IMG/VR virus record: IMGVR_UViG_3300037042_004000
Coordinates: 1-64,000 of that record
DNA length: 64,000 nucleotides
Direction: 5' to 3' (one strand)
DNA from: a virus
Of the stretch, positions 27,626 to 38,804 are shown in pieces (positions within the stretch are counted from its first letter, which is position 1; each line of letters begins with the position of its first letter). The notes below the pieces were generated by a model that was given only the letters and a program-made list of their open reading frames with translations, did no database searches and was not told the DNA's origin. The position numbers and the translations under genes are program-made.

Positions 27626-29200
27626 ATGCCAGAAAATTGTCCAATTGATATTACGCCATACGAACAATCGGGAGTAATTAAAACCCCTAATATAGTCAAT
27701 CTTAATTATACTAATCAAGATTTTTGGTCTATGAAAAGTAGATTGGTTCAATTTATCAATGAGAGATTTGGTCCTAATGGCACAGTCATACCAAATACAT
27801 TTAATGATTTAGTAGAATCTAGTATTGCTATCATGCTTATTGAAAATTGGGCATTTTTAGCTGATACTTTATCTTTTAAAATGGATCAGATTGTTAATGA
27901 GTTATTTATTGACACTGTAACAGAGATAGATAATGCTTTTCGTTTGTCTAAATTGGTTGGGTTTACACCTCAGCCGCCAATAGGCGCATCTTCTAAATGG
28001 TCTGCTACTATTAATATGGTTACCGTAACTGATGTGATTGTTGATACTCCACTAGAAATTTCATTAGTGGCAAATAATGAATCAATAACAATTGAACTTT
28101 TCCAAGCAGATGCTAATGGAGATCCTATTTTCGACATACCAATTACTATACCAGCAGGACAAGTAATTAATTCTAGCATAGTTGGTCTTGAAGGAAAAAC
28201 ATACACAGAAGAATTTGCTGGAACTGGAGAAAGTTCTCAAGTAGTCACATTGTCCAATTCTCCAGTAATTTATGATTCGGCGCAAGTAGAGGTAGATGGA
28301 ACTATTTGGACACAAGTAGATTATTTTACAGATTCTCAACCAAGAAAAGAATATAGATTTGAACAAGATTCTACTTATGTTGGATATGTTGTATTTGGTA
28401 ATAATAGAGCAGGATTAATACCTTCTCAGGGATCTAGAATTAGTGTTAGATATAGAGTAGGTGGTGGAAGTAGAGGCAATATTATTACTGGGTATGCCGA
28501 TGTAACTAAACAAGCAATTGTATCAGGTGTGGACTATAGAGTTCCTATTGTTTTCTCCAATTATACAAAAGGACAATATGGTTATGATGGGGATACAATT
28601 GAAGATATTAGGAGAAAATTACCTGCTTGGATTAGAACACAAGACAGGGCTGTTTCTGGAAGTGATTATAAAACCTTGGCAGATCAGTTTTCGACAGCGT
28701 ATCATGGACAAATTGGAAAATCAAATGCCATTTTGAGAAACCACGGATGTGCAGGCAATATAATTGATTTGTTTATTTTGGCTAAAGATGGCACAGATGG
28801 ATTAGATATCGCATCGAATGGATTGAAGGTAGCTTTAATGGAGGAATTAACTGATAAGAAAATGTTAACAGATTTTATGTGCATCAGAGATGGTAGCATA
28901 ATCTATGTTGATGTTACTATTGAGGCTACTTTGGATAAGTTTAACAGAAAGTTTCAAGAAGAAATAAAGGCGTGGATTCAAGATAGGGCTACCATATTTT
29001 TCTCAATCAATAATTGGGAGTATGGACAATCATTAAAGATTGCTGATCTAGTAAGAGATTTGTCTGATATAAAACAAGTTTCTAGTTTTTTGGCTAATTT
29101 TATAACTGCTGATCCAGATAATTCAGGAGAATTAGTTACTGCCAAGTATTATGAAATAATTAGACCGGACGAAATTACCATTTCGTTTTTGTACACTTAA
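27626..29200 (+). CDS. gp6/baseplate J-like wedge protein
   Basis: YTNQDF, FGNNRAG..P, YRVGGGSRGNI, QDRAVSGSDY. Confidence 0.9.
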   Translation: MPENCPIDITPYEQSGVIKTPNIVNLNYTNQDFWSMKSRLVQFINERFGPNGTVIPNTFNDLVESSIAIMLIENWAFLADTLSFKMDQIVNELFIDTVTEIDNAFRLSKLVGFTPQPPIGASSKWSATINMVTVTDVIVDTPLEISLVANNESITIELFQADANGDPIFDIPITIPAGQVINSSIVGLEGKTYTEEFAGTGESSQVVTLSNSPVIYDSAQVEVDGTIWTQVDYFTDSQPRKEYRFEQDSTYVGYVVFGNNRAGLIPSQGSRISVRYRVGGGSRGNIITGYADVTKQAIVSGVDYRVPIVFSNYTKGQYGYDGDTIEDIRRKLPAWIRTQDRAVSGSDYKTLADQFSTAYHGQIGKSNAILRNHGCAGNIIDLFILAKDGTDGLDIASNGLKVALMEELTDKKMLTDFMCIRDGSIIYVDVTIEATLDKFNRKFQEEIKAWIQDRATIFFSINNWEYGQSLKIADLVRDLSDIKQVSSFLANFITADPDNSGELVTAKYYEIIRPDEITISFLYT

Positions 29201-29210
29201 AGGAGCAATT

Positions 29211-32200
29211 GTGGCTACAAAGAGGATAACTCAATCACCAACCATATCAGATCAAATAATCTTTGACATTTTATGTCCAGGGTCCGATGGTTGTTTTGCA
29301 AGTGATCCGTATATGGTAAGCACCGTTACTGTTTATTATGTGGAAAGAAATTTTACTAGTGATAATTTTGGTGAATATAATGGAGTAGATGAAACATTAC
29401 AGGCAGAATACGATGCAGCCAGAGAAGCTGCTTGTGCCGATCCTAGTGAAATCAATCTTGCTATTCTAAATCAGCTTGAAACAAGAATGTCACTAGAAAG
29501 TAGTTTTACACAATTTTATTATAAAGATGCCAAAACGGTATTAGTGGTTGGTTCTTCAAGTATGCCAGCGTGGATAGGGACAGATATTGAAAATTCAAGA
29601 CTTATTCACATTGATGAAGATGTTGATGAGAATGTTCAGTATGGAAACTTTGAATTAGAATGGTCGCCTTTGGGTATGAGAGAAGGGGATTATTTTATTT
29701 GTTGGACATGGTATCCCAATATTGGTGGCAGTTCTTTAACATCTCATTTATATTTTAGTTTGGGTGGCAGCACACAACTTACTACTAGCATCCCTACACA
29801 TTTTACACAACCTAAAAAATATGAGACTTTATTAGACCGATACCTTCCTGAAATGTTTAAAACCACTCTTTGTAATGGAGATTTAACTCCTAAAGTATTG
29901 AGTGAGTTTGACATGGCTATTGCTAAAGGGTTTACATTTTTAGAAGATATGGCAAACCAAATGGTGGATTTATTAGATGCCAATGCTACTCACGAATCGT
30001 TTCTTCCAGCTTTAGCAAGCATGTTTAATTTAAAATTACGGTCTCAAGACCCGACTAGATGGCGAAGACAAATAAAAAATTCAGTTCCACTCTTCAAAAA
30101 GAAAGGGACTTTAATAGGATTAACAGAAGCTTTAGCAGAAACAGGCATAATTCTTAATAGTTTTGTTAGGTTGTGGCAAGTTATTTCTTCATATACTTGG
30201 CAAGAATTGTTAGATATTACAGAAAATGGACAAGATACATTTGACTTAAGTCAGCTAGCATTGTTACCAATTGATACAAGTAATTTTGAATTATATTATC
30301 GAGGTGTAAATGATACAGAATGGACAACGATGGCTTCTACAAATGTTTCTATTTCAGAAGTAGATGGAGTTACAGTAGTGACATGGTTGGGAAGTCCTTT
30401 GGTTGTAGGAGACTCTTTAAGAATTGTTTACCAAACAAATATAATTACAACACCACAAGAGCAACTTATAGAGATTTATATTCGAAGTCTTCCGATAGCA
30501 GATCAAAGAGATGAAAGAGATCAAATATATCCATTGAAAAATTGGAATGTTAGAGTAATAGAAGAAAATGACCCATATTTTGATGTTGTAATTCCAACAA
30601 GACATCCATATTACGATCCTTTAGTTTTTGGTTGGGTTCGAACAGAGTTTCCTTATAGTGAAAATATCTATAATATGGATGAATATAATGGTAGTGTAAG
30701 AGATTCATTAAATCCTTGTGATATTGATAGAGAGTTCATAGATTATTGTCACGGTGGCCAAAGTAGTTTATTTAACATTGATTTAGAGATAGAAGAACTT
30801 TGTGAAGATAGGATTTCAGAAGCTAGAGAGATTGTAGAAGAATATGTTCCTTTCCATGCAATACCGCACACTATATCAATTAGTGGCGCTGTAAATGACT
30901 TTGTATCTTCTGGGCAGGAAGAAATTCAAGGATTAATAACAGTTCACGGAGAAGAAACAACAATATCGGGCAATGGGCAAATGATATTCAACAGAGTTAT
31001 GGCTGAAGGTTGTCAAATATTGAGAGATGAATTGGCAACGGCAACGGTAGAAGTTACTACAACTGATATGGCTTATAATGATGAGGTTGTATTGTTTTCT
31101 CCAGACAATAAATTAGATGAGATCGGATTATCTGTCAGTAATGTTTTAGAGATTTTATCTCCTGGCCCACCTTGGGTTACTCAACCGGAAATAAATGTTG
31201 GAATATATTCTTTGTCAGACGTGCAAGGGAATTATGGGGTTGTTTCTGGAAGCATTCCTTTGCCTGTAGACAATCGTTCTTTTGCTTATCGTTTGTCTAA
31301 TGATTTTTATAGTAACAGTGATACTACAATTTTTCAAGAATTTGTATTTAATGATGATAATATTAGTTTTGTAGATTTGTGGAACGATGAAACTCCAGAA
31401 AATGCTTATGACGGAAGTTGGACTTTGGTTTTAGCAGGTTATCCATATACAGGAGATAATGTCTATGAAGTCATTTCTATGGATATAGATGGCAATTTAC
31501 GGTTGGATAATTTTCTTAAGATTGGTTGTACTTTGCCATCCACAGACACCACGGGCATTAATTATATTTTAAAAGATGATTCTGGAAACACAATCGCTTC
31601 TGGCGCTACTGGTGAATGGACAGAAACTACAAGGGGATTAGTTGATATAAGTAGTGAAGTATCTTTAGACGATGTCATGAACATAATTAAAATTGGCAAC
31701 TATGTTTTATATAATGGACTTCAATATCGAGTAGATGCCTTTTTAGATATGCATAGATTCTATATTAGTAAATATACAGATGGAACAGCCAGTAGCATTT
31801 TAATTCATGTTTATGACAGATTAATAGATACAGCTATTGGGTATTTTAATTATCGTGGAATGACTTTAGAAACAATTGTTAATTATGAAACAGCGTTGAG
31901 CATCTCTAACGGCAAAAATTCTACAATTCCAGAAGATTTATTGAAAGATGATAATAATTTTAAAGAGAATTTTTTAATTATGATTACAATTTCTGGAACT
32001 GATTATTATTATGCTATATCTGATATTGATAATACTATAATAACATTGAATGGTCCTTACCAAACTTGGGGTTTATCTTCTGAGATTCTGGCTCCAAATG
32101 TCTCATTCCAAATCATTAAATATGCGAAAAATGGTCCGGTTGATATAGCCCCAAGAATTGCGCCTGTTTGGCCAGGACATGAATTTAGATTTTTAGATCG

Positions 32201-32360
32201 TAGAGGAAATGAAGTCATACAAGTACATAATTCAGAGACCGACGAGATTACTGGATTGGCGATGGCGACAGCATTGAATCAAGATCAATCTAAAGATGTG
32301 GTGTCTCAAAAAGAAAATATTAGCTTAAAGATAACATGGTTCGATCAGGAGAAAAAATGA
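29211..32360 (+). CDS. Large baseplate wedge protein (gp7/P2 gpI-like domain)
   Basis: FLPALASMF...WRRQIK...FKKKGTLIGL; follows the gp6-like gene. Confidence 0.7.
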   Translation: MATKRITQSPTISDQIIFDILCPGSDGCFASDPYMVSTVTVYYVERNFTSDNFGEYNGVDETLQAEYDAAREAACADPSEINLAILNQLETRMSLESSFTQFYYKDAKTVLVVGSSSMPAWIGTDIENSRLIHIDEDVDENVQYGNFELEWSPLGMREGDYFICWTWYPNIGGSSLTSHLYFSLGGSTQLTTSIPTHFTQPKKYETLLDRYLPEMFKTTLCNGDLTPKVLSEFDMAIAKGFTFLEDMANQMVDLLDANATHESFLPALASMFNLKLRSQDPTRWRRQIKNSVPLFKKKGTLIGLTEALAETGIILNSFVRLWQVISSYTWQELLDITENGQDTFDLSQLALLPIDTSNFELYYRGVNDTEWTTMASTNVSISEVDGVTVVTWLGSPLVVGDSLRIVYQTNIITTPQEQLIEIYIRSLPIADQRDERDQIYPLKNWNVRVIEENDPYFDVVIPTRHPYYDPLVFGWVRTEFPYSENIYNMDEYNGSVRDSLNPCDIDREFIDYCHGGQSSLFNIDLEIEELCEDRISEAREIVEEYVPFHAIPHTISISGAVNDFVSSGQEEIQGLITVHGEETTISGNGQMIFNRVMAEGCQILRDELATATVEVTTTDMAYNDEVVLFSPDNKLDEIGLSVSNVLEILSPGPPWVTQPEINVGIYSLSDVQGNYGVVSGSIPLPVDNRSFAYRLSNDFYSNSDTTIFQEFVFNDDNISFVDLWNDETPENAYDGSWTLVLAGYPYTGDNVYEVISMDIDGNLRLDNFLKIGCTLPSTDTTGINYILKDDSGNTIASGATGEWTETTRGLVDISSEVSLDDVMNIIKIGNYVLYNGLQYRVDAFLDMHRFYISKYTDGTASSILIHVYDRLIDTAIGYFNYRGMTLETIVNYETALSISNGKNSTIPEDLLKDDNNFKENFLIMITISGTDYYYAISDIDNTIITLNGPYQTWGLSSEILAPNVSFQIIKYAKNGPVDIAPRIAPVWPGHEFRFLDRRGNEVIQVHNSETDEITGLAMATALNQDQSKDVVSQKENISLKITWFDQEKK

Positions 32361-32827
32361 ACGATAATATAAAATCAGAAGGTTTTGTTGATATTATAAT
32401 TGATTATGTCGATGGCCGACAAGAAATAATCAGTTTTAAAAATACGGTATTAAGAACTGGTCGTATAGCGTTGGCCAAAAGCTTGGCTAATGAGTTTGGC
32501 TCCGACTATGATTACTACATTACATCTATGTTGTTTGGCAATGGTGGAACAGTTGGTGGTGTTCCAAAAGTAGTATCAACTACCAGAAGTGGTTTATTTG
32601 GGACTACTCTTAAAACTAAGAATGTTTCCGTTACTTTAGATCCTGTTCAACCTACTCAAGTAACATTTACATCCGTTCTCACCACAAGTGATTGTAATGG
32701 AGAGGTCTTGAATGAAATGGCATTGCGAATGAATGATGGTGATTTATATAGTATGGCTACATTCCCTGATTTAAATAAGACATCTGCAATGGCGCTTACA
32801 TGGGTGTGGTCTGTTAATTTTATTTAA
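32357..32827 (+). CDS. Tail fibre attachment/collar-like protein
   Basis: NTVL.TG, FGNGG, NGEVLNEMAL, W.W.VNF. Confidence 0.6.
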   Translation: MNDNIKSEGFVDIIIDYVDGRQEIISFKNTVLRTGRIALAKSLANEFGSDYDYYITSMLFGNGGTVGGVPKVVSTTRSGLFGTTLKTKNVSVTLDPVQPTQVTFTSVLTTSDCNGEVLNEMALRMNDGDLYSMATFPDLNKTSAMALTWVWSVNFI

Positions 32828-32839
32828 TAAGGAGAAACT

Positions 32840-33598
32840 ATGCCAAACATAAATTTAATTCCAGCGGTGCTTTTTGAGGCAATGCAGCCTTATCACTTTC
32901 AATATGATAATCTTCCATTACAAGCCATTTTAGATCGCTTGGGAGTTGTTAATAGCGCAGTAGACAATGATTCTCAGCAAATAAGAGAATCTGTTGGTAC
33001 GCAGGGAACTTTAGCAAATCGTTTAACACAATCAATCAATGATGACGGCTCTTTAAAAACTGATGCTGTTGATGCTACTCTTCATAGCATTGAGGAACAT
33101 ACAGATGGTGCTACTTATGTTCGCATGACGGATATAGAGAGAGATAAACTTGTTCTTATTTCTGAAAACGCAACAGCTTTAGCAATGCAATTTGATACTG
33201 GTTCAACTATAGTTTTATTTGAGGATGAAGTGGTAGAGTTTTTGGATTCTGCTACTGTTACTTGGACTGTAACTGCGCCAAATAAGGTCAAGGCTAATAT
33301 GGCATGGCCTGAAGATGCAGCGCATTTACATTTTTATGGAATGACTCCGGTAGCTGTTGGTGGTTATCAAAATTATAAAACCACATCTATAAGCACTCCT
33401 TTTATGGAAGACACTTTGCGTGTCTTTATCAATGGTATAGCAATATTCTCTGATGATGACATATATGTTCCAGATTCTACACATACAACATGGACACTCA
33501 CATCGTTTACGCCTAATTATACTGCTGGGACTTTTGCTCTTAGCAGGGCAATAGACGCTTCTGACATAATAAGAATAGATTTTGACACGGATTTTTGA
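32840..33598 (+). CDS. Putative tail/structural protein
   Basis: AAGGAG RBS; LRVFINGI; within the tail operon. Confidence 0.55.
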   Translation: MPNINLIPAVLFEAMQPYHFQYDNLPLQAILDRLGVVNSAVDNDSQQIRESVGTQGTLANRLTQSINDDGSLKTDAVDATLHSIEEHTDGATYVRMTDIERDKLVLISENATALAMQFDTGSTIVLFEDEVVEFLDSATVTWTVTAPNKVKANMAWPEDAAHLHFYGMTPVAVGGYQNYKTTSISTPFMEDTLRVFINGIAIFSDDDIYVPDSTHTTWTLTSFTPNYTAGTFALSRAIDASDIIRIDFDTDF

Positions 33599-34158
33599 TG
33601 CTACATAAATTTAAAGATTTAAATTTTGGGTTTGTAATTATTGCGCCAGAACACAACATTGGAAACATTATGTGTACAGTTCGCACTATTAAAAATAATT
33701 ACCAAGGTATACAACACATATGCGTAGTCGGCAATAACACTTCTACAGATGAAATTAAGGAATTAAACGGGGTTTGTTTAACAATTAAAGGTAAAAACAC
33801 TATAACATCGTTAATAAATTGTGGAATTAAAAAGGGTTGTAAAGAGTGGAATGTAATTGTAATGGAGGGAACCCCTGTTAAAAAAGGAATTGATAAAAAA
33901 TATTCTTTATTTGTAGAAAATGAAAAAGATGTCTTATTTCCAATAATTATGGATTATAACAGGGATGGAATGCCCAGCAAAATAAGAAGTTCTTTTGAAG
34001 AAGCAAGTCTTAACGGCATGATGATTCACCAAAAGACTTTTAAAACGGTAGGTGATTTTGTAGATGCGCCCATTCCTACATCCAAATTTATGTGGGCTTT
34101 AGGGGCTGCTGAAATCGGATGCAAGTTTAAGGGCGTTTTAGGAACGGCATTAATGTAA
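33595..34158 (+). CDS. Degenerate GT-A (GT2-like) glycosyltransferase-fold protein
   Basis: FVIIA...NCGIK...GMMIHQKTFKTVGDF; no clear DxD. Confidence 0.5.
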   Translation: MMLHKFKDLNFGFVIIAPEHNIGNIMCTVRTIKNNYQGIQHICVVGNNTSTDEIKELNGVCLTIKGKNTITSLINCGIKKGCKEWNVIVMEGTPVKKGIDKKYSLFVENEKDVLFPIIMDYNRDGMPSKIRSSFEEASLNGMMIHQKTFKTVGDFVDAPIPTSKFMWALGAAEIGCKFKGVLGTALM

Positions 34159-34695
34159 TTCCACAGCCTCTATCAATACCCAATCATTGTTCAATTGTAT
34201 TGTATTGTTATCAATTAAAGTTAATTGTTTCACTACTTCTTCTATTGATGTGTAAACATCTTTAATTTGAATTACTCCAAAAAGCCATCTTGGCAATTTG
34301 TACAAACCACCTTCGCAAACAAAAAACATAGGTTTGTGTTGATTCTCTGCCACATAAATTTCATTGGCTGTTCCCCATTGTGGAATTGTTGGATGAATCA
34401 TGACCACCATAAAATCACAATAATCTACAAACCTTAAATCATGGTGGCGATAAGATTGAACATATTGTTGAAGTTCTTCAAAACGACCAGTGGATTGTAG
34501 ATTTGTTTGAAGTTCTTGGTCTTCTCTAGATTGAATAGTTCCTTCAATTGGTTTATTTGTGGGGTCGATATGGGCAATTTTTAATCCATTTGTTTTGGTT
34601 AAATTAATAAATTGTTTTCTCCAACCTACACCATGATCCGCAGCACATTCAATTGCGCCACTTAAATACGTGATTGCACCGTCTAATTGTCCCAT
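34150..34695 (-). CDS. Nucleoside 2-deoxyribosyltransferase-like protein
   Basis: YLSGAI, GWR, DP, DLRFVDYCD, GTANEI...KP. Confidence 0.75.
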   Translation of the reverse strand: MGQLDGAITYLSGAIECAADHGVGWRKQFINLTKTNGLKIAHIDPTNKPIEGTIQSREDQELQTNLQSTGRFEELQQYVQSYRHHDLRFVDYCDFMVVMIHPTIPQWGTANEIYVAENQHKPMFFVCEGGLYKLPRWLFGVIQIKDVYTSIEEVVKQLTLIDNNTIQLNNDWVLIEAVELH

Positions 34696-34736
34696 ATTAT
34701 TACTCTTATATAATATCTTATTTTAAGGAGAGCCAA

Positions 34737-35411
34737 ATGTCAAGCCAAATACATGAACAAATTTCAGAAACACTCAAAAACAAAGAAATAATAAATAGAC
34801 ATAGTTTCTTTCAATTACGATATTTTTTGATTGGTAAAGAACCAACTCATCAGTCCAGAATGTGGCGATGCATACGGGAACTGGAAGTTAGAAAACAATC
34901 AATAGAGGGGGCCAATATAGAATTAGAGGATATTAGTGATAAAAAGGAATTAATGGAGATTGAAACAGAGAAATTATTAAAACAAAAAACAGAAGCAGAA
35001 ATGGAGGGTAAAGAACTAAATATTAGAGAGCTTGATGTTAAGCTTCGTCGTATGGCCCGTAGAAAGGCTGCCCACAGCAAATCAGTTGAAACTTTACAAA
35101 AGAAATTAAAGGAGATTGAAGAAGAAGCTGTTTTTCTTTTAACTGCTTTCGAAAAATTAGAGGAACTAGAGCCATTAAAGCCTTATGATGATATGAAATC
35201 TCAAATGGAATTTTGGAATCAGAAAATATCTCAAGAAATACAACTTAGGAGTTTGCAAGGATTGCCATTAGACTTAGAAGTTATGAAAACAGCATTGGCG
35301 TTAGATGACAAAATGCCAGTAAAACAACAATTACTTGGTTCTTTGGCTAGTGCCAAAAAATTAATGACCGAAAAGATGATAGATAAGACAGAGGTAAAAG
35401 ATGGCAAATGA
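34737..35411 (+). CDS. Coiled-coil hypothetical protein
   Basis: AAGGAG RBS; E/K heptads. Confidence 0.65.
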   Translation: MSSQIHEQISETLKNKEIINRHSFFQLRYFLIGKEPTHQSRMWRCIRELEVRKQSIEGANIELEDISDKKELMEIETEKLLKQKTEAEMEGKELNIRELDVKLRRMARRKAAHSKSVETLQKKLKEIEEEAVFLLTAFEKLEELEPLKPYDDMKSQMEFWNQKISQEIQLRSLQGLPLDLEVMKTALALDDKMPVKQQLLGSLASAKKLMTEKMIDKTEVKDGK

Positions 35412-36480
35412 TAGAGTTTCAAGTTTAGATACAGGGTATGTAACAGGGGATCTCTCTGTATATCCACAAGCGTTAGATACTAAAGATATACTTTATGAAG
35501 CAAAAAACAATGCAGAAACTACCTTGTACCAAACTTTGCCATACTCTGGAAAATATATTGTTGTAGATGATGCTTCAGGTTTCCCCGATAAAGGGTTGTT
35601 AAGAATCGGTCCTTTAAGTACCGTTATTTCTTTACAAAAAGGGGATGTTTTTCCTAGAAGGGTTCCTGGAACTCCAGGAGACTCTGAATTTGTTTATTAT
35701 GGCTTAAAAACGGGCAATGTTTTTAAAGACTTAATACGGGGGTATGCTAAAACTATACAGTCACAATGGCCAATTGGAACACCTGTTTCTAACTCTGTTT
35801 TTGCTGAACACCACAATGCAATTAAAGACACTATTATTAATATTGAAAATTATCTAGGTGTTGAAAATACTCCAGCCAGCGGTTCTTTAAATAAAATATT
35901 GTCTAATTTAGAAGTTAAATTTTTGGCTCCTAAGCCACAATTTAGGGCTTTTCCTAAAAGTGGCAAACCATCATTATCTGTAACTTTTCAAAACTTTTCT
36001 AGCGGCGATGTTGTTAGATATTTGTGGGATTTTGGAGATAATACTACTTCTTTTGAGAAGAGTCCTTCACACACTTATAGTGCAGAAGGAATATACACTG
36101 TATCTTTGAATGTTATTACATCAACTGGCGCACAAGGAATTACAACAAAAAATAATTACATATCTATTTCAAATGAATATACTGTGCCATTTTTCTATGT
36201 TGAATTAGTTGATCCTAATTTGCCAGCTTATTCTCAAGGGACAGCAGATGAACTAGCAGTAGATGTTGCCATTATTAGATTTATAGATCAAACAACAGGA
36301 GATGTTGCCCAAAGAATTTGGATTTTTGGTGATGGAGAAACGTTAACTGTAGATGATCCAGATGTACATATAGCAGAACACATATATGCTATTCCTGGTG
36401 ATTATCAAGCAAGTGCTTTAATAATTTTTGGGGACGAGTCTTACAAAAGAACCTTCACAGAGAACATTGAAATTTTATGA
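35401..36480 (+). CDS. PKD-domain virion fibre/adhesion protein 1
   Basis: YLWDFGD..S....PSHTY...GIYTVSL; AEHHN module. Confidence 0.8.
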   Translation: MANDRVSSLDTGYVTGDLSVYPQALDTKDILYEAKNNAETTLYQTLPYSGKYIVVDDASGFPDKGLLRIGPLSTVISLQKGDVFPRRVPGTPGDSEFVYYGLKTGNVFKDLIRGYAKTIQSQWPIGTPVSNSVFAEHHNAIKDTIINIENYLGVENTPASGSLNKILSNLEVKFLAPKPQFRAFPKSGKPSLSVTFQNFSSGDVVRYLWDFGDNTTSFEKSPSHTYSAEGIYTVSLNVITSTGAQGITTKNNYISISNEYTVPFFYVELVDPNLPAYSQGTADELAVDVAIIRFIDQTTGDVAQRIWIFGDGETLTVDDPDVHIAEHIYAIPGDYQASALIIFGDESYKRTFTENIEIL

Positions 36481-38804
36481 GTTTAAGTAATTTTCCAATA
36501 GCCATTGACACAGAATTTAATTTATATGAAGTACATGATGGACTTAGAGTTAAATTAGCCGAAGATTATTCGCTTGGGGACACAAGTATTACAATTTATG
36601 ACGAAAATAATGTAATGTCTACTTTTCCAGATACAGGGATTATTACATTAACAGAACAATGTAGCGATGTTGATTTGCGAGCGTTAAGTTTTACATATTG
36701 CTCCAAAACTGATACTAGTTTTGATGGTTTGATAATTTTAGATGGGTTTATTGATAATGCAAAACCCAAGACATTGACCAATGTTACATTAAATGTTATG
36801 GCAGCACATCATAATGCGATTAAAGATGCTATAATTGCTGTTGAAGATTTTGTTGGAATAAAAGGTATAATAGACACGGTTCCATTTGGGCCAAAAATCG
36901 AAGGGCGATTAAACTTTTTAAGGAAAATGGTGTTTACTCCTAGAGCATGGTTTAGCGTTAATAATACAATTGGATTAGTTCCTTTAACTGTGACTTTTAC
37001 TGATGAAAGTTTCAGATTGGGGGATGGAGATGTTACATTCTTATGGGACTTTGGGGACCATTCTGTTTCTAATATATCAATTATATCTGTGTTAGACACA
37101 GTTCCTACAAATGAAACAAATGTCATAGTGTACGATTTAAATGGCGGAAGTATTGCGAAAACATATACGTCCCCTGGGAAATATGATGTAACATTAACGG
37201 TAACTAATGAATTTGGACAAGATATTGTCATATTTAATGAATTAATAATAGCTAGAATAGCGGCACCTGATGAGGCTGTTATAGATATAGTTCCTAAATC
37301 TACTCAAACAATTACTCAAGCAGGAAGTCCATCTGGTGGTCCTTATACAACCACGCCAATAATTAGATCGTCTACTAATAATTCTGTTATCATAGAAATT
37401 CAGAGTGGAAGAAATCCTGCTACTGGAAGATCTTATGCTGGAGAAGAACTTGTTTGGGAAGGTGGTGCATGGATAGCCAGAGATCCGATTGAAGAATTTA
37501 CTTGGAAATTTGGTGATGATTTAACGCATTCCAATTATCAAGACGCTGAAGCTTTGTTTTCAATTGGGGGAAATTATGATCTAATCCTTAGAGTAGATAC
37601 TAATCTTGGAGCCTATAGAATTACTAAATATACTGGTGCATTTGATATATTGGAATCACAAAATATTTGGTTGTGGACTTTTTCTGGTCCCAATCATGAC
37701 CCTGGAGATTATTCTGTTTTATCTTATTTGAAATTAGAAGGCGATATAAATGTTAATGAGTTTGGACTATTAAGTGAGACTTTTAAATCGTTGGGAACAA
37801 CGTATACAATTCAACGAAGTGATTCTTTTCTTGATGGTACTGCAAATGAGGATCAAGCAAAACAAGAGTTTAGAAGAAATGTAGCAGTAAATCCTAAATC
37901 AACAGTAACATCTGGCAATCATGGGACAGCATTTCTTTATTATGCAACACAAGATAATGCTTTACCTGTGACCTTGTGTACTTATGGGGACCACATCGTT
38001 AATATTTTGGCATATAATGGATTTGAAGACACTTATGTGCAACAAGATCAAATTACTAGACCCTGGAATTGGATTGCTTTATCTTCACCAACAAAAACTT
38101 ATTTCCTATATGGTGCTCCTTGTACAAGAGATCCTTTCGAAAATCCTTCATATGACATAAGAACCGATTATGATTTGCTTACATCAGTTGCTACTGATTC
38201 TACGATGACAATAGCAGATTATCAAAATGGCGCAGAAGAATTAATGTCATTTCCTTCTACTTATGACGGTGGAGGAGACCCTGAAAACGGTGAGTTTGCT
38301 GTTTATAAAACAGCTTGGAAAGACAGTGCGGGATATATTTTGAGAAATAATGGAGTGGGAGCATACTTTAGGATTGCTAGTTTTTACAAAACAACTGGAA
38401 CAGTAGGTGAAGAATTTCAATATATCACTAAATTAACAGACATGGCAGGCCCAATTAAACAAGAAGGTCAGTTGGTAGCGTTGTCTGATGGTTTATTTTT
38501 CTTTAATAATACTGGAAACATATCTGCTTATAATGCTACTTCTCAAGTTTGGGAAACTGGTGGCGCTAGTGCAGAGTCTTTATCTTTTAGATCTTTGCAA
38601 GATACAAGCATACAAGGATTTGATCTTGTCACTAATACTTTGTTGGCAACATCTAATGGAGATAGAAGTGCTTATTTATCATTTGATTATTCCCCAAATG
38701 CTTTTATAAAATTTAATAGTCTTGAGCTTACCTTTAGTAATGTTGGTCCAAGACCTGGTTGGGAAGATAATACAAAACCACAATTTGCAATGGGGATGTA
38801 CTGA
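36477..38804 (+). CDS. PKD-domain virion fibre/adhesion protein 2
   Basis: PLTVTFTDES, LWDFGD, TYTSPGKYDVTLTVTN; AAHHN module. Confidence 0.8.
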   Translation: MSLSNFPIAIDTEFNLYEVHDGLRVKLAEDYSLGDTSITIYDENNVMSTFPDTGIITLTEQCSDVDLRALSFTYCSKTDTSFDGLIILDGFIDNAKPKTLTNVTLNVMAAHHNAIKDAIIAVEDFVGIKGIIDTVPFGPKIEGRLNFLRKMVFTPRAWFSVNNTIGLVPLTVTFTDESFRLGDGDVTFLWDFGDHSVSNISIISVLDTVPTNETNVIVYDLNGGSIAKTYTSPGKYDVTLTVTNEFGQDIVIFNELIIARIAAPDEAVIDIVPKSTQTITQAGSPSGGPYTTTPIIRSSTNNSVIIEIQSGRNPATGRSYAGEELVWEGGAWIARDPIEEFTWKFGDDLTHSNYQDAEALFSIGGNYDLILRVDTNLGAYRITKYTGAFDILESQNIWLWTFSGPNHDPGDYSVLSYLKLEGDINVNEFGLLSETFKSLGTTYTIQRSDSFLDGTANEDQAKQEFRRNVAVNPKSTVTSGNHGTAFLYYATQDNALPVTLCTYGDHIVNILAYNGFEDTYVQQDQITRPWNWIALSSPTKTYFLYGAPCTRDPFENPSYDIRTDYDLLTSVATDSTMTIADYQNGAEELMSFPSTYDGGGDPENGEFAVYKTAWKDSAGYILRNNGVGAYFRIASFYKTTGTVGEEFQYITKLTDMAGPIKQEGQLVALSDGLFFFNNTGNISAYNATSQVWETGGASAESLSFRSLQDTSIQGFDLVTNTLLATSNGDRSAYLSFDYSPNAFIKFNSLELTFSNVGPRPGWEDNTKPQFAMGMY